Assembly: GCA_963723515.1 (NCBI GenBank)
Contig: CAVRQT010000003.1
Span: 448,001-512,000 of the forward strand
Length of the DNA: 64,000 nt
Source of the DNA: Vulcanimicrobiota bacterium
GTDB lineage: Bacteria; Vulcanimicrobiota; Vulcanimicrobiia; Vulcanimicrobiales; Vulcanimicrobiaceae
Direction of reading: 5' to 3'
Every line of letters starts with the position of its first letter. Position 1 is the stretch's first letter. Shown one piece after another: positions 62,136 to 64,000 of the stretch. A program made the translations under genes and the position numbers. Under the pieces are notes generated by a model, which saw nothing but the letters and a program-made list of their open reading frames with translations, made no database searches and was not told where the DNA came from.

Positions 62136-62957
62136 ATGCTCGAACAAGATAGAAACGAACTGATCGACTCTCTCGAATCCGACGTCCCTTCGCAAGCCTC
62201 AACCGCTATCGAAGAGCCGGTGCCTTCGGAGGTCGCCGAAGAGCCGCAAGCGACAATTCAAGCCGAGATTGAAGGTGAAGCGGCAAGCGTGCCGGCGCCT
62301 GGTGATTTCTTTCGGCGCGACGTTGAAGTTGAAGACATACCGCGCGAGGTTGAACCAGACGGTTTAGCGGGCGAACAGCAAACTGAGGCGGCTGCTGTCC
62401 GGCCCGCACCGAAGCCCAAAGATACGCGCAAGAAGTGGTACGTCGTGCACACGTACTCCGGTTATGAGAATAAGGTCAAAGCCAATCTCGAGCGGCGCAT
62501 CCACTCGATGAACATGCAAGATAAAATCTTCCGCGTTCTCGTGCCGATGGAAGATGAAGTCGAGTTTAAGGACGGCAAGCGCAAGATCACGCCCAAGAAA
62601 GTCTTTCCGGGCTACGTGCTGGTCGAAATGGACATGGACGACTCGTCCTGGTACGTCGTTCGCAACACATCGGGTGTGACCGGATTTGTCGGCAGCCCTG
62701 GGAGCGGCGAGAAGCCGATTCCGCTGCAGGAAAAAGAAGTCAAAACGATTCTCAAGCAGATGGGCATCGAAACGCCGAAACTCAAGATCGACTTCAAGAA
62801 GGGCGATCGCGTCAAGGTAACGTCAGGGCCGTTCTTTGATTTCACCGGTCTCATCGACGAGATCCAACCGGAAAAAGAAAAGGTTCGCGCGCTGATCTCG
62901 ATCTTCGGGCGCGAAACTCCAGTCGAGCTGGAGTTCTACCAGATCGAAAAGGTGTAA
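62136..62957 (+). CDS. nusG: Transcription factor NusG with a ~95-aa acidic N-terminal extension
   Basis: WYVVHTYSGYENKVK, FPGYVLV, GVTGFVG, IFGRETPVEL. Confidence 0.97.
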   Translation: MLEQDRNELIDSLESDVPSQASTAIEEPVPSEVAEEPQATIQAEIEGEAASVPAPGDFFRRDVEVEDIPREVEPDGLAGEQQTEAAAVRPAPKPKDTRKKWYVVHTYSGYENKVKANLERRIHSMNMQDKIFRVLVPMEDEVEFKDGKRKITPKKVFPGYVLVEMDMDDSSWYVVRNTSGVTGFVGSPGSGEKPIPLQEKEVKTILKQMGIETPKLKIDFKKGDRVKVTSGPFFDFTGLIDEIQPEKEKVRALISIFGRETPVELEFYQIEKV

Positions 62958-62959
62958 CG

Positions 62960-63127
62960 ATGGATATGAAACCCTATCGCATCGGCGACGAAATACACTG
63001 CGGAGGCATGCCGGGAAAGCCCGGCGGCGATCCGGGGCAAGAGAATGAGCCGCCGGATGAGTCCGAGGAAGAGTCTGATGAGCAGGCGCCAAGCGCACAG
63101 CAAAAGCCAGAACGTTTGATAGTATAA
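62960..63127 (+). CDS. Candidate 55-aa acidic small protein
   Basis: ATG 2 nt after the nusG stop. MDMKPYRIGDEIHCGGMPGKPGGDPGQENEPPDESEEESDEQ... Confidence 0.4.
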   Translation: MDMKPYRIGDEIHCGGMPGKPGGDPGQENEPPDESEEESDEQAPSAQQKPERLIV

Positions 63128-63213
63128 ATTAAAACTTTCCGCACGGCACGACCCCGAGCAGGGCGGCAAAAGCAAACACGAGAGCAACGGGGGAGTCTTG
63201 AAAGGACGAAGAG

Positions 63214-63636
63214 ATGGCAAAAAAAGTCGTAGGCAAGATCGGCCTGCAAATTCCGGCCGGCAAAGCGACGCCCGCACCGCCGATCGGCCCGGCGCTCGGG
63301 CCGTACAGCTTGAACATCATGGATTTCTGCAAGCAGTACAACGAGCGCACGCAGAGCCAAGCCGGCATGATCATTCCGGTCGAGATCACCGTTTTTGAAG
63401 ACCGCACGTTCTCGTTCATCACGAAGACGCCCCCAGCGTCATTCCTGATCAAACAGGCGCTCAAGATCGAGTCCGGCTCCGCGGAGCCGAATCGCAATAA
63501 AGTCGGCAAAATCACGCAAGCGCAACTCGAGGAGATCGCCAAGACGAAGATGGCCGATCTCAACGCGAATGACGTCGAAATGGCAAAGCGCATCATCGCC
63601 GGCACGGCGCGCTCGATGGGCGTGGAGGTTGCCTGA
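63214..63636 (+). CDS. rplK: 50S ribosomal protein uL11
   Basis: [28 protein letters not shown]. Confidence 0.98.
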   Translation: MAKKVVGKIGLQIPAGKATPAPPIGPALGPYSLNIMDFCKQYNERTQSQAGMIIPVEITVFEDRTFSFITKTPPASFLIKQALKIESGSAEPNRNKVGKITQAQLEEIAKTKMADLNANDVEMAKRIIAGTARSMGVEVA

Positions 63637-64000
63637 TGGCTCACGAGCATGGAAAGCGCTTTCGCAAACTGACCGAAGCGTTCGATCGGACGAAGCTCTT
63701 CGAGCCGGCGGAAGCTGTTGCGCTCGTCAAGCGCAATGCCAACGCGAAATTCGATGAGACGGTCGAGGCGCACATTCGTTTAGGCGTCGATCCGAAGAAG
63801 AGCGATCAGAACGTTCGCGGCACGGTCAATCTGCCGCATGGCACCGGACGCACGGTGCGCGTCATTGCATTTGCCAAGGGCGACAATGCGAAGGCGGCGG
63901 AAGCGGCCGGCGCAGATTTTGTCGGCGAACAGGACCTCATCGATAAAGTGAAGGGCGGTTTCGCCGACTTCGACGTTGCGGTTGCGACGCCCGATATGAT
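63636..64000 (+). CDS. rplA: 50S ribosomal protein uL1 (partial, runs off the window)
   Basis: [45 protein letters not shown]. Confidence 0.97.
   Translation, partial: MAHEHGKRFRKLTEAFDRTKLFEPAEAVALVKRNANAKFDETVEAHIRLGVDPKKSDQNVRGTVNLPHGTGRTVRVIAFAKGDNAKAAEAAGADFVGEQDLIDKVKGGFADFDVAVATPDM

Noticed and set aside
63140..63213. uL1-binding leader upstream of rplK
   Set aside because: GGGAG and a small hairpin are present, but I could not build the full canonical structure by eye.
1..64000. Many long antisense or alternate-frame ORFs (e.g. 21647-22675, 51224-52072, 53570-54220)
   Set aside because: These are shadows of real genes, expected at high GC content, and carry no motifs.

Overview
GC-rich bacterial chromosome segment, mostly core genome. 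It contains a WYL regulator, a histidine-utilisation operon, a TetR/EmrA/TolC efflux unit, a pentose-phosphate operon (tkt, tal-pgi, gnd, zwf, opcA, pgl), dapD, radA, cmk-plsC-ispH, and the lipid genes fakA-plsX-fakB. It also has a Firmicutes-like PIN/TRAM-ispD-ispF-(gltX site)-cysE-cysS-rlmB-sigH block, six tRNAs with a small accessory patch, and rpmG-secE-nusG-rplK-rplA. Terrabacterial gene order plus an outer-membrane TolC suggests a diderm lineage such as Vulcanimicrobiota/Eremiobacterota (inference only). About 14 genes carry single frameshifts, probably long-read indel errors. The main leads are: (1) a ~200-nt structured non-coding transcript with its own sigma70 promoter, terminator and upstream DnaA boxes, convergent on the WYL gene; (2) an HNH nuclease whose stop codon abuts the 5' end of tRNA-Thr, bracketed by an 8-bp direct repeat; (3) a stand-alone GluRS anticodon-binding-like protein at the gltX position; (4) an EF-G domain V-like module on IspD; (5) a REP-like repeat that nests, arrays and sits in-frame inside ftcD; (6) apparent non-canonical start codons. 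All protein calls are from motif recognition, not database searches.
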